In this document: in pieces, positions 19,691 to 26,797 of the stretch | How the letters are laid out: each line of letters opens with the position of its first letter | Position numbering within the stretch: position 1 is the stretch's first letter | Assembly (NCBI RefSeq): GCF_000223395.1 | Contig: NC_015931.1 | Span: forward strand, 180,001 to 212,000 | Reading direction: 5' to 3' | DNA length: 32,000 nucleotides | Source: Pyrolobus fumarii 1A | GTDB taxonomy: Archaea > Thermoproteota > Thermoprotei_A > Sulfolobales > Pyrodictiaceae | Position numbers and translations under genes: made by a program | The notes under the pieces: generated by a model | The model's database searches: none | The model's input: the letters and a program-made list of their open reading frames with translations, nothing else | What the model was told of the DNA's origin: nothing

Positions 19691-21007
19691 ATGAGCGAGA
19701 AGAAGCCACACTTGAACTTGATAGTCATCGGTCACGTCGACCACGGTAAGAGCACGCTAGTAGGCCACCTACTATACCGTCTAGGTTACATCGACGAGAA
19801 GACCATGAAGCAGCTAGAGGAGGAGGCGAAGAAGAGGGGTAAGGAGAGCTTCAAGTTCGCCTGGATCCTTGACAAGCTCAAGGAGGAGAGAGAGCGCGGT
19901 GTCACTATCGACCTAAGCTTCATGAAGTTCGAGACCAAGAAGTACTACTTCACCATCATCGATGCTCCAGGTCACCGCGACTTCGTCAAGAACATGATTA
20001 CTGGTGCCAGCCAGGCAGATGCTGCGCTCCTAGTCGTATCGGCGAGGAAGGGTGAGTTCGAGGCCGGCATGAGCCCAGAGGGCCAGACCCGTGAGCACCT
20101 AATTCTAGCCAAGACGATGGGTATCGAGCAGCTAATAGTGGCGGTTAACAAGATGGACGCCACCGAGCCCGCGTGGAGCAAGGAGAGGTATGAGCAGATA
20201 GTGAATGTCCTAAAGAAGTTCATGAAGACGCTAGGCTACAAGGTCGACCAGATACCATTCATCCCTGTATCCGCGTGGACCGGTGACAACCTAATCGAGC
20301 GCAGCCCGAACATGCCATGGTACAACGGCCCAACGCTAGTAGAGGCCCTAGACATGCTACAGCCGCCGAAGAAGCCAGTTGACAAGCCACTACGCATCCC
20401 AATCCAGAACGTCTACAGCATACCTGGCGTTGGTACTGTGCCAGTCGGCCGTGTTGAGACTGGCGTGCTAAAGGTAGGTGACAAGGTCGTCTTCATGCCA
20501 CCGGGTGTCGTCGGCGAAGTCAGGAGCATTGAGATGCACCACGTGAGGCTAGACCAGGCTGAGCCCGGCGACAACATTGGTTTCAACGTAAGAGGCGTAT
20601 CCAAGAAGGACGTCAAGCGTGGCGACGTAGCTGGCCATGTTGACAACCCACCCACCGTCGCAGAGGAGTTCACTGCTAAGGTGTTCGTAATCTGGCACCC
20701 AACAGCAATCGCGCCCGGCTACACGCCAGTAGTACACGCACACACCGCCAGCGTCGCCTGCAGGATAACTGAGATCGTAGCCAAGCTAGACCCAAGGACT
20801 GGTAAGGTCCTAGAGAAGAACCCAAGCTTCATCAAGCAGGGTGAGGTCGCCATCGTCAAGTTCAAGCCGATAAAGCCAATGGTAGTCGAGAAGTTCAGCG
20901 ACTTCCCAGCGCTAGGCAGGTTCGCAATGAGAGACATGGGTAAGACTGTCGGTATTGGCATCGTGATTGACGTGAAGCCTGCAAAGGTCGAGATCAGGAG
21001 CAAGTAA
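19691..21007 (+). CDS. tuf: Translation elongation factor EF-1alpha (aEF1A)
   Basis: [30 protein letters not shown] and NKMD are GTPase motifs G1-G4. ATG 19691 matches homologue N-termini. The track GTG 19679 is 4 codons upstream. Confidence 0.97.
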   Translation: MSEKKPHLNLIVIGHVDHGKSTLVGHLLYRLGYIDEKTMKQLEEEAKKRGKESFKFAWILDKLKEERERGVTIDLSFMKFETKKYYFTIIDAPGHRDFVKNMITGASQADAALLVVSARKGEFEAGMSPEGQTREHLILAKTMGIEQLIVAVNKMDATEPAWSKERYEQIVNVLKKFMKTLGYKVDQIPFIPVSAWTGDNLIERSPNMPWYNGPTLVEALDMLQPPKKPVDKPLRIPIQNVYSIPGVGTVPVGRVETGVLKVGDKVVFMPPGVVGEVRSIEMHHVRLDQAEPGDNIGFNVRGVSKKDVKRGDVAGHVDNPPTVAEEFTAKVFVIWHPTAIAPGYTPVVHAHTASVACRITEIVAKLDPRTGKVLEKNPSFIKQGEVAIVKFKPIKPMVVEKFSDFPALGRFAMRDMGKTVGIGIVIDVKPAKVEIRSK

Positions 21008-21075
21008 AGCTCTTTTCACACAACCTGGTATCCTCTTTTTAAGCCGTGCTTACGCACCACTCCGGGGGTTCTGGG

Positions 21076-21405
21076 ATGGCCGCAGTACCCATGGCTCGTA
21101 TCAAGCTCTGGAGTCCCGACGTTCAGAGTCTGAACGACGTTGCCCAGAAGATAGTGAGTATAGCCAAGAGGATGGGCGTAGAGGTGCGTGGACCCATACC
21201 ATTGCCGACAAAGAGGCTGGTAGTCGCTACCCTAAGGCTGCCCCACGGTGAGGGCTCGAAAGTGTGGGATAAGTGGGAGCTAAGAATACACTCCAGGCTA
21301 ATCCTAGTAAGGCTAGATGAGAGGCTAATGAAGGAGCTGATGAGGATCAGGGTGCCCGAAAACGTACACATAGAGATAAAGGTGCCACGTGCACGTCCAC
21401 GTTAG
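21076..21405 (+). CDS. rps10: Ribosomal protein uS10
   Basis: ARIKLWS...L..V...I......G....GPIPLPTKRL.V...R.PHGEG.K.WDKWELRIH.RLI... is the canonical S10 sequence. The start is ATG 21076 or ATG 21091. The track start 21046 is unlikely. Confidence 0.9.
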   Translation: MAAVPMARIKLWSPDVQSLNDVAQKIVSIAKRMGVEVRGPIPLPTKRLVVATLRLPHGEGSKVWDKWELRIHSRLILVRLDERLMKELMRIRVPENVHIEIKVPRARPR

Positions 21406-21484
21406 CATCTTTTAGCTAGAATAGGTTAGCATCCCATTAACGCTGGATTTATCCCGGGTCCCAGAGTGTAGGTCTCGAACTGGT

Positions 21485-21573
21485 GCCGGGGTGCCCGAGC
21501 GGCCTAAGGGGCCGGCCTGGAGAGCCGGTGGGGGGCTACCCCCGCGCGGGTTCGAATCCCGCCCCCGGCGCCA
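21485..21573 (+). tRNA. tRNA-Ser (anticodon GGA), class II with a long variable arm and encoded CCA
   Basis: Hand-folded as GCCGGGG/CCCCGGC acceptor, CCC-GAGCGGCCUAA-GGG D arm, CCGGC-CUGGAGA-GCCGG anticodon arm (GGA), variable arm U-GGGGGG-CUA-CCCCCG-C, GCGGG-UUCGAAU-CCCGC T arm, G discriminator, then CCA. No intron. Confidence 0.9.
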
Positions 21574-21710
21574 CTCCTGCCTCCCGTGTATGTTCCTATT
21601 CGTATAGTAACAATGGTTCGAGGGTAGTCTGGTCCAATGTTAGTTAATGGTAGTATGGTGTTCTTTTAGACAAACTTGGAGTGGAGTGTACTCTCTAAAG
21701 TTCCTCCGAT

Positions 21711-21729
21711 TAGAACCATCTTGGTTCTA
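21711..21729. repeat. Perfect 8-bp inverted repeat TAGAACCA-TCT-TGGTTCTA
   Basis: Read directly from the sequence. It contains the same GGTTCTA word in both orientations. Confidence 0.8.
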
Positions 21730-21910
21730 GTCTAGTTCTCTGACTAATGTGTATCCTCGTGGGTTTACGCATTATTGACTACCTGCTGGTGTCTAGCTAC
21801 TTGTATAGGCAGTTCTTGGCTGAAACTGCAATGTGGTATCGTCTAAAGCGTCTACGTGTGGTGTGGTTAGGTTAGGTATGGCATGTTGCTGTATATTGGA
21901 GTATTTGTTC

Positions 21911-21930
21911 TTAGGCTAGCTTAGGCTAGA
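21911..21930. repeat. Tandem 10-mer TTAGGCTAGC / TTAGGCTAGA
   Basis: Read directly from the sequence. 9 of 10 positions are identical and the copies are adjacent. Confidence 0.8.
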
Positions 21931-22020
21931 ATAGAGGTGTAATGTAAGGTAAGTTGTAGTTGGTGAAGGGATGCCAGGGGAAGTGGTAAACTAAACATGA
22001 TGTAGGAGAGGAGAGAGCAA

Positions 22021-22034
22021 GAAAACGAAAAAGG
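22021..22034 (-). terminator. Oligo-T termination signal candidate downstream of the peroxiredoxin gene
   Basis: The minus strand reads CCTTTTTCGTTTTC, 38-51 nt past the stop. Archaeal intrinsic termination uses oligo-T tracts. Confidence 0.4.
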
Positions 22035-22071
22035 TATGGTGGTTGGTAAGGTGTCTGAGTGTTCACCCGCT

Positions 22072-22782
22072 TTACTCGCACTTGGCGACGCGGCGTAGAG
22101 CCTTTCTAGCGAATTCCTTCTCTTCGGGTGTTGCTCTATCCTCGTAGCAGAACCACCAGTCGTAGCATTTGAACTGTTTGAGGCGCTCCTGTGCTTCTTG
22201 CTCGGTGGCTGCTGGGGGTACGATGAGGTTATCTCCTATTAGCTCGTTGTTTGGCCAGTTTGCTGGTATTGCACGGCCATACTTGTCGCTAATCTGTAGT
22301 ATGTGGACGAGCCTCAGTATCTCGTCTACGTTGCGGCCAGCCTCGGTCGGGTAGTATAGTATTGCGCGGATTACGCCTTTGTTGTCGACTATGAAGACTG
22401 CGCGTACTGTGACGGTTGGAGCGTGGCTTGGGTGAATTAGGCCGAGTTTCTTCGCTACCTCGCCAGTAGCGTCGGCGATTACTGGGAATGGTATCTCTAC
22501 GCCTAGTTTCTCGCGTATCCACTCGACCCATTTGATGTGGCTGAATGTGCTGTCGATGCTTAGGCCGATGAGCTCCGTGTTTATCTTCTTGAAGTCCTCA
22601 TACCTCTTTGCGAAGGCGACAAACTCGGTGGTGCATACCGGTGTGAAGTCGGCGGGGTGGCTGAAGAGTACAAACCACTTGCCCTGCTGGACGAAGTAGT
22701 CTGGTAGTTTGATCTTACCCTTGTGTGTCATTACCTCCATCTCTGGGAATCTCTCGCCGATCGAGGGTATCTGGAGGGGCAT
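22072..22782 (-). CDS. Peroxiredoxin (Prx6/1-Cys-type archaeal thioredoxin peroxidase)
   Basis: GERFPEMEV....G.I.LPD......[19 protein letters not shown] contains the peroxidatic Cys motif [11 protein letters not shown]. It also has a WP(A)NW-like [10 protein letters not shown] block and a C-terminal Cys-containing tail. ATG 22782 (MPLQIPSIG) is preferred over the track's 22794. Confidence 0.9.
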   Translation of the reverse strand: MPLQIPSIGERFPEMEVMTHKGKIKLPDYFVQQGKWFVLFSHPADFTPVCTTEFVAFAKRYEDFKKINTELIGLSIDSTFSHIKWVEWIREKLGVEIPFPVIADATGEVAKKLGLIHPSHAPTVTVRAVFIVDNKGVIRAILYYPTEAGRNVDEILRLVHILQISDKYGRAIPANWPNNELIGDNLIVPPAATEQEAQERLKQFKCYDWWFCYEDRATPEEKEFARKALRRVAKCE

Positions 22783-22804
22783 CTCTGTACACACCCTCCA
22801 GAGA

Positions 22805-22816
22805 TAGGCTAGCCTA
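22805..22816. repeat. Perfect 12-bp palindrome TAGGCTAGCCTA just upstream of the peroxiredoxin start
   Basis: The reverse complement equals the sequence itself. It lies 23-34 nt upstream of ATG 22782. Confidence 0.8.
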
Positions 22817-22896
22817 ATCTCATACTAAAAGCATACCTGGGACGTATAACTGCGGAACGCATATTAATTAGACTCTAACCGGCTAGGTTAGACAAG

Positions 22897-22912
22897 CTAA
22901 CATGCATGTTAG
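22897..22912. repeat. Perfect 16-bp palindrome CTAACATGCATGTTAG
   Basis: The reverse complement equals the sequence itself. It lies in the 277-bp kinase/peroxiredoxin spacer. Confidence 0.8.
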
Positions 22913-23071
22913 AATATCCAATTCCGCTTGTTGGAGTATTGCATGGCGAATATTGCAGGAATCGTGCAACGCGCGGCAATTCACGCAGTGATGCACGTAG
23001 GCATGGTTGTGACGGTACTTCTTGATGATCAAAAGTAGAGTGGGACAGCACCTCTCAACTTGCTATACTAT

Positions 23072-23797
23072 TCATAACCCGAGGGCGTCCAGCACAGCCT
23101 CGAAATTATTGAGTGTAGGGTTCCTGCGATACTCTCGTAGCACAGTTCTAACGCTGGGGTCGCTGCTTGGTTTCACGAGCCTAGAGGCCCATGGTATCCT
23201 GGCTAAACCTGCTGCTAGCGATGTCACGTTGCGGGGTTTTCGCAGTGCCGAGGCTGAGTCAAAGTCTATGATATACGGCTCGTCATCTTCAACCATAACT
23301 TGGCCGCCCGGCCTAACAAGTTCGCCATGATCTATGCCGAGACGATCAAGGATGTATGCTTTGTATAGCAGTCGGCGGAGTACAAGCAAAGCTCTAGCTG
23401 TGTCGCTTGGTTTGTAACTAGCTAATACGCTTCCGTTGACGAGCTTCATAACTATCAATCTTCTAGTGAACGTGTATACCCGTGGCGCCACGCCATACAT
23501 GGAGGCTATTTTGGCTAGTAGCGCCTCGCGGAGCATACTCTTTCTCCTAGAGTTGGGCTTAAGCGCTTTAATCGCCACAAGGTGAGCATTCCATAATGCT
23601 GCGAATACGTTGCCCGCCCAACCGCTACCAAGTATGGGTATCCCTGCTTTCCTAAACCTCCCCATCGGCACGATGCACTCTACACCGATGCTTCTCAGCT
23701 CGTCGATCAGAGCATCGCACAATGGTGCCTCTGGTCTAGGGTAGCAGATAGCCCTCCTAGCCTCCTCTATCCTCAGACACTCCATAACCTGCCTCAC
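23072..23797 (-). CDS. Minimal atypical Ser/Thr protein kinase-like protein (Bud32/RIO-like, COG2112-type)
   Basis: G-loop GSGWAGNVF, catalytic-Lys motif VAIKAL, catalytic-loop-like [13 protein letters not shown], and a DFG-equivalent IIDFDSA, all within about 240 aa. The start is GTG 23797 (GTGA overlap with the upstream stop) or ATG 23785. Confidence 0.6.
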   Translation of the reverse strand: MRQVMECLRIEEARRAICYPRPEAPLCDALIDELRSIGVECIVPMGRFRKAGIPILGSGWAGNVFAALWNAHLVAIKALKPNSRRKSMLREALLAKIASMYGVAPRVYTFTRRLIVMKLVNGSVLASYKPSDTARALLVLRRLLYKAYILDRLGIDHGELVRPGGQVMVEDDEPYIIDFDSASALRKPRNVTSLAAGLARIPWASRLVKPSSDPSVRTVLREYRRNPTLNNFEAVLDALGL

Positions 23798-24948
23798 TCG
23801 TTCCGAAACTCTTTACGCAACTTATCCCTAATGTCGCCTGGTAGCATAACGTTATCGAATATGGAGCCTCTGGACTCCTTCAGGCGCAGTGCTTCGACAA
23901 CGGGTTTGTAGATACCCCCCGCAAGGCCGTTGGCTATGACTGCGGCGCCAAACGCGGCTGTCTTTGCAATCCTGCCCGGGCTTCTAACCAGCCTGACCTC
24001 AGCTTTAACGCCGTGCTCGCGTAGCCACTCGCCTAGTCTAGAGACGAGATGCTCACGGAAGGCGGGTATCCTTGTCCATCTGCCGCTGAGAAAGACCCAG
24101 CGAGGCTTCGGCACAGAGACTAGCAGCACGGCAACATCCTTCAGGATGCCCTCGACTAGAGCCTCTAGCCCGTCAGCATAGCCTGGTTCGCCCTTCAACC
24201 CTCTCTCGACAAACTCTTCGAGGTTCTGTGGGTCGTGTACACCTGCTATATCGGCGGCACCCCCGCGGAATAGGAGAGTCTTTGAAAACCTAGGTTCAAC
24301 AGCTGCGAGCGCATACGCCAACTCAGCATCCATGGCGCCCATGCCAAGGTAGCCTGTAAAGCCGCTGGTACCGCCAACCCCGTCGACTATAGAGCCCTTT
24401 GAGACTCCCATAGCGGCTGTGTACGCGTAGCCAATCTCGACTACAATCGCGTCAACACTCCTTGGCTCAACACCCTCGTCCAGCAGGTTTGCGAGTGCAG
24501 CAGCAACGGTGAACACTTTGTCCGCGGTCCCCATGTCTATGCGGTTAGCTTTCCTCCAACGCGGCACTGTTGGTAGATGCACAACACCGGGTGTAAACCA
24601 GGCTGGCAGACTAGAGGATCGGAAGAGCTTCATAAGTTCTCTCAACCCTATAATCCTCAACCTCCTCTTGACATCCTCCATAGTAACAAAGGTGGCCTCG
24701 AGTATATCGCCGTCACTAGCATCTTGTACTCTCTTGAGTGGCATGCCATACCCGCTAGGCGCCACTATAGCGTCAACGTCACCAACCTCCCTGACTATCT
24801 CCTCGACTCTACGAATCACTATGCCAGGATCCTTGGTAACAAGGTCCCGGGGTATACTATCATCAAGGAAGACTCTCATCCCATTGTCATCAAACCCAAA
24901 TAAGTCCATGCTCATGGTGCCAGGATCGATACCAATCGCCTTTACCAT
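23794..24948 (-). CDS. ASKHA-superfamily (actin/Hsp70/sugar-kinase fold) ATPase, DUF1464-like
   Basis: Phosphate-1 motif [10 protein letters not shown] at the N-terminus, PSGYGMPL, phosphate-2-like IDMGTADK, and Gly-rich [18 protein letters not shown]. This matches my recollection of the archaeal DUF1464/COG2441 family. Function unknown. Confidence 0.55.
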   Translation of the reverse strand: MVKAIGIDPGTMSMDLFGFDDNGMRVFLDDSIPRDLVTKDPGIVIRRVEEIVREVGDVDAIVAPSGYGMPLKRVQDASDGDILEATFVTMEDVKRRLRIIGLRELMKLFRSSSLPAWFTPGVVHLPTVPRWRKANRIDMGTADKVFTVAAALANLLDEGVEPRSVDAIVVEIGYAYTAAMGVSKGSIVDGVGGTSGFTGYLGMGAMDAELAYALAAVEPRFSKTLLFRGGAADIAGVHDPQNLEEFVERGLKGEPGYADGLEALVEGILKDVAVLLVSVPKPRWVFLSGRWTRIPAFREHLVSRLGEWLREHGVKAEVRLVRSPGRIAKTAAFGAAVIANGLAGGIYKPVVEALRLKESRGSIFDNVMLPGDIRDKLRKEFRNE

Positions 24949-24996
24949 GCCACACGCCCGATATAATAGAGGTGGTAGGGGGTAACGTGTTGACCT

Positions 24997-26118
24997 CTAG
25001 ATGCTTGAGAGGAGCTTCTCGGCTACAACCTCTGCTCTGCGCTCCCACGCGTACCTCTTCGCACGCCTCCCTAGCTCGCGTCTAAGCCCCTCATCCTTGA
25101 TCAGCAACTCTAGCCTAGACACCAGGTCAGTAACGTCGCCCAACCGGTACTTGATGACGGGCCCACTCTCCTCTAGACCGTCAGGTATAGTCTCGAAGTA
25201 CCTTGTATCCGGGACTATTGTTGCAACGCCCGCGTACAGCACTTGCGCAAGTGTAGACGATACGACTATACCCGGATGATCCCACTTGGGTATGAGGTGT
25301 ATATCGGCGCCCTTAAGCGCCGAGTACAGCTCTTTGACGCTAAGTTTTCTATGCTCGACGACGAGCCAGTCAGCCTGGTACCCTATGGTGCCCAGGCTGC
25401 GTACCACGCGATAGACTAGAGGATACTTGCGTTTCACGAGCCTAGCAATGCCCCTTAGATAGTCAACGTACTCGTGAGGTGGTTGACGGCCAAAGCTGAA
25501 TAATAGCACCTTGCCCTCCGCATAGGAAGGCCTATCAGCATAGTCAACCTCCAGAACCATGTAAGGATATGGTACTATCTCTACCCTCGCGCGTTTACCT
25601 GCAACCCTTTCTACCATCCCAACAAACCTCTCGTCAAACACCGCGACAACGTCCCACAGGCTCGGATCTTCCAATACAGGTTCAAGATCGCGGGGAAACG
25701 CATAGTGAACTACAAGTATAGTGGCTGTTCCCCTTCTCTTCACCTCCCTAACATGAGGCTCTAACGCGCGCCAAGGCAAGCGATGGTAGCCTTCCACGAT
25801 AATCACGTCGTTCTCATCCCAGTCGCTCGGGCGGCGGAAATAACCACCCTCCGGATACTCCACTTCATCGACCTCGCCGTACACGCGTTGTACCCAGGGC
25901 GGGTCACCCTCTATGAGAACATGGTGCCAGTCACGCCCGGCAGTCTCCAGCGTAGGTGCGTAGACACGCACTTCGTGCCCCATAGACAGTAGTGCTCTAG
26001 CGATAAGCTCGCCGTGTAGGCTTATACCGCATGCCGCACCCCAGCGCGTCACTATGCCAATTCTATATCCTCGCTTCACACTAACTAGCACCAATAGTAA
26101 CGAGGCAAAAGTGGCCAT
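24997..26118 (-). CDS. GT-B fold glycosyltransferase (group 1 / GT4-like)
   Basis: The N-terminal YRIGIVT....GI..HGELIARALLSMGHEVRVYAP and the C-terminal half (GADIHLIP...VVSSTLAQVLYAGVATIV.D..YFE.I, LRRELGRRAKRYA) fit a GT-B group-1 layout. No clean EX7E motif is visible. An alternative GTG start at 26079 gives MKRGYRIGIV. Confidence 0.55.
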   Translation of the reverse strand: MATFASLLLVLVSVKRGYRIGIVTRWGAACGISLHGELIARALLSMGHEVRVYAPTLETAGRDWHHVLIEGDPPWVQRVYGEVDEVEYPEGGYFRRPSDWDENDVIIVEGYHRLPWRALEPHVREVKRRGTATILVVHYAFPRDLEPVLEDPSLWDVVAVFDERFVGMVERVAGKRARVEIVPYPYMVLEVDYADRPSYAEGKVLLFSFGRQPPHEYVDYLRGIARLVKRKYPLVYRVVRSLGTIGYQADWLVVEHRKLSVKELYSALKGADIHLIPKWDHPGIVVSSTLAQVLYAGVATIVPDTRYFETIPDGLEESGPVIKYRLGDVTDLVSRLELLIKDEGLRRELGRRAKRYAWERRAEVVAEKLLSSI

Positions 26119-26140
26119 ACATACTCAACGGTATTTCCCT

Positions 26141-26797
26141 TCAACAGCGTAAGTTCGCTACCTCATCCTCAGCGGCGCTCGTGTCAACACCCATATCACG
26201 CGCAAACGAGAGAAGCTCGCGTATAGTCATTACACGCTTGTACGGGATCCCAGCTTCATCCATCCTCTCTGCAGCCCCCATACAACGATCGAAAATCACA
26301 ACCGCCCCAACTACCCTGTACCCGCTAGCCTCAGCGGCACGCACAGCATCTAGAAGCGCACCACCAGTAGTGGCGACGTCATCCACTATGACTATACGGC
26401 TACCCTCCTCAACACCCTCCACGAGCCTACGAAGCCCGTGATCCTTCGGCTCGGGCCTCACATAGCCACTAGCAACGCCAAGCACCTCGGCCACAAGCAC
26501 GCCCCAACCTATACCTCCAGTCGCAACGCCAACAACAGCATCGTACGTCGCACCAAGCTCCTCAACGCTCCGAGCTAGTAGAAAGGCGGCAACCCTACGC
26601 CCCAAAGGCCTGGAGTACAACCTCCTCGCGTCAATGTATATCCTTGACACCGTGCCACTACGTAGCCTATACTCGCCGCCTATCCTCAAGCCCCCAGCCT
26701 CTAGAAGCTCGCGCACAAGAGTCAACTTGGCGTTCGTCAAGGCAGCACGCCACCAAGGCGAAAAAGCCACGCTAGGAGTTATACCATGAGCGCTCAC
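26141..26797 (-). CDS. pyrE: Orotate phosphoribosyltransferase-like type I PRTase
   Basis: L.E.GGLRIGGEYRLRSG..S.IYID.R, VVGVATGGIGWG, RPEPKDHGLRRLVEG, the PRPP loop IVIVDDVATTGGA, and VIFDR..G. There is a roughly 20-aa N-terminal extension if GTG 26797 is used. TTG/GTG alternatives exist 19-26 codons in. Confidence 0.7.
   Translation of the reverse strand: MSAHGITPSVAFSPWWRAALTNAKLTLVRELLEAGGLRIGGEYRLRSGTVSRIYIDARRLYSRPLGRRVAAFLLARSVEELGATYDAVVGVATGGIGWGVLVAEVLGVASGYVRPEPKDHGLRRLVEGVEEGSRIVIVDDVATTGGALLDAVRAAEASGYRVVGAVVIFDRCMGAAERMDEAGIPYKRVMTIRELLSFARDMGVDTSAAEDEVANLRC

Noticed and set aside
21747-21875. 42-codon ORF MCILVGLRIIDYLLVSSYLYRQFLAETAMWYRLKRLRVVWLG in the long spacer
   Set aside because: There is no TATA element or SD at a suitable distance and no recognisable motif. 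A stop-free run of this length is plausible by chance here. It is worth retaining only if ribosome profiling or conservation supports it. The same applies to the 39-codon ORF at 22906-23025.
21961-21990. G-quadruplex candidate GGTGAAGGGATGCCAGGGGAAGTGG
   Set aside because: Only two of the four G-runs have 3 or more Gs, so at best this is a two-tetrad structure that is unlikely to be stable or meaningful. It is a by-product of the G-rich skew.
21997-22058. Possible C/D-box sRNA (ATGATGT at 21997-22003 and CTGA at 22055-22058, about 60 nt apart)
   Set aside because: There are no internal C' and D' boxes, no terminal stem flanking the boxes, and the C box is imperfect. The intervening sequence is purine-rich low complexity. 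The UUGAUGA at 23022-23028 likewise lacks a D box.
21485-22071. tRNA-Ser as the attachment site of an integrated virus or plasmid
   Set aside because: There is no integrase, no viral or plasmid gene, and no direct repeat of the tRNA 3' half. The best match is only the 7-mer GGTTCGA at 21615-21621. The downstream genes are housekeeping (peroxiredoxin, purP, pyrE-like). A very old scar cannot be excluded.
24509-24985. Antisense or alternative-frame ORFs inside GC-rich genes (24509-24985, 24577-24903, 28007-28375, 28280-28675, 28786-29091, 30068-30379, 30240-30668, 31058-31324)
   Set aside because: High GC suppresses stop codons in off-frames. All are nested in genes with clear family motifs and are R/P/S/G-rich nonsense.
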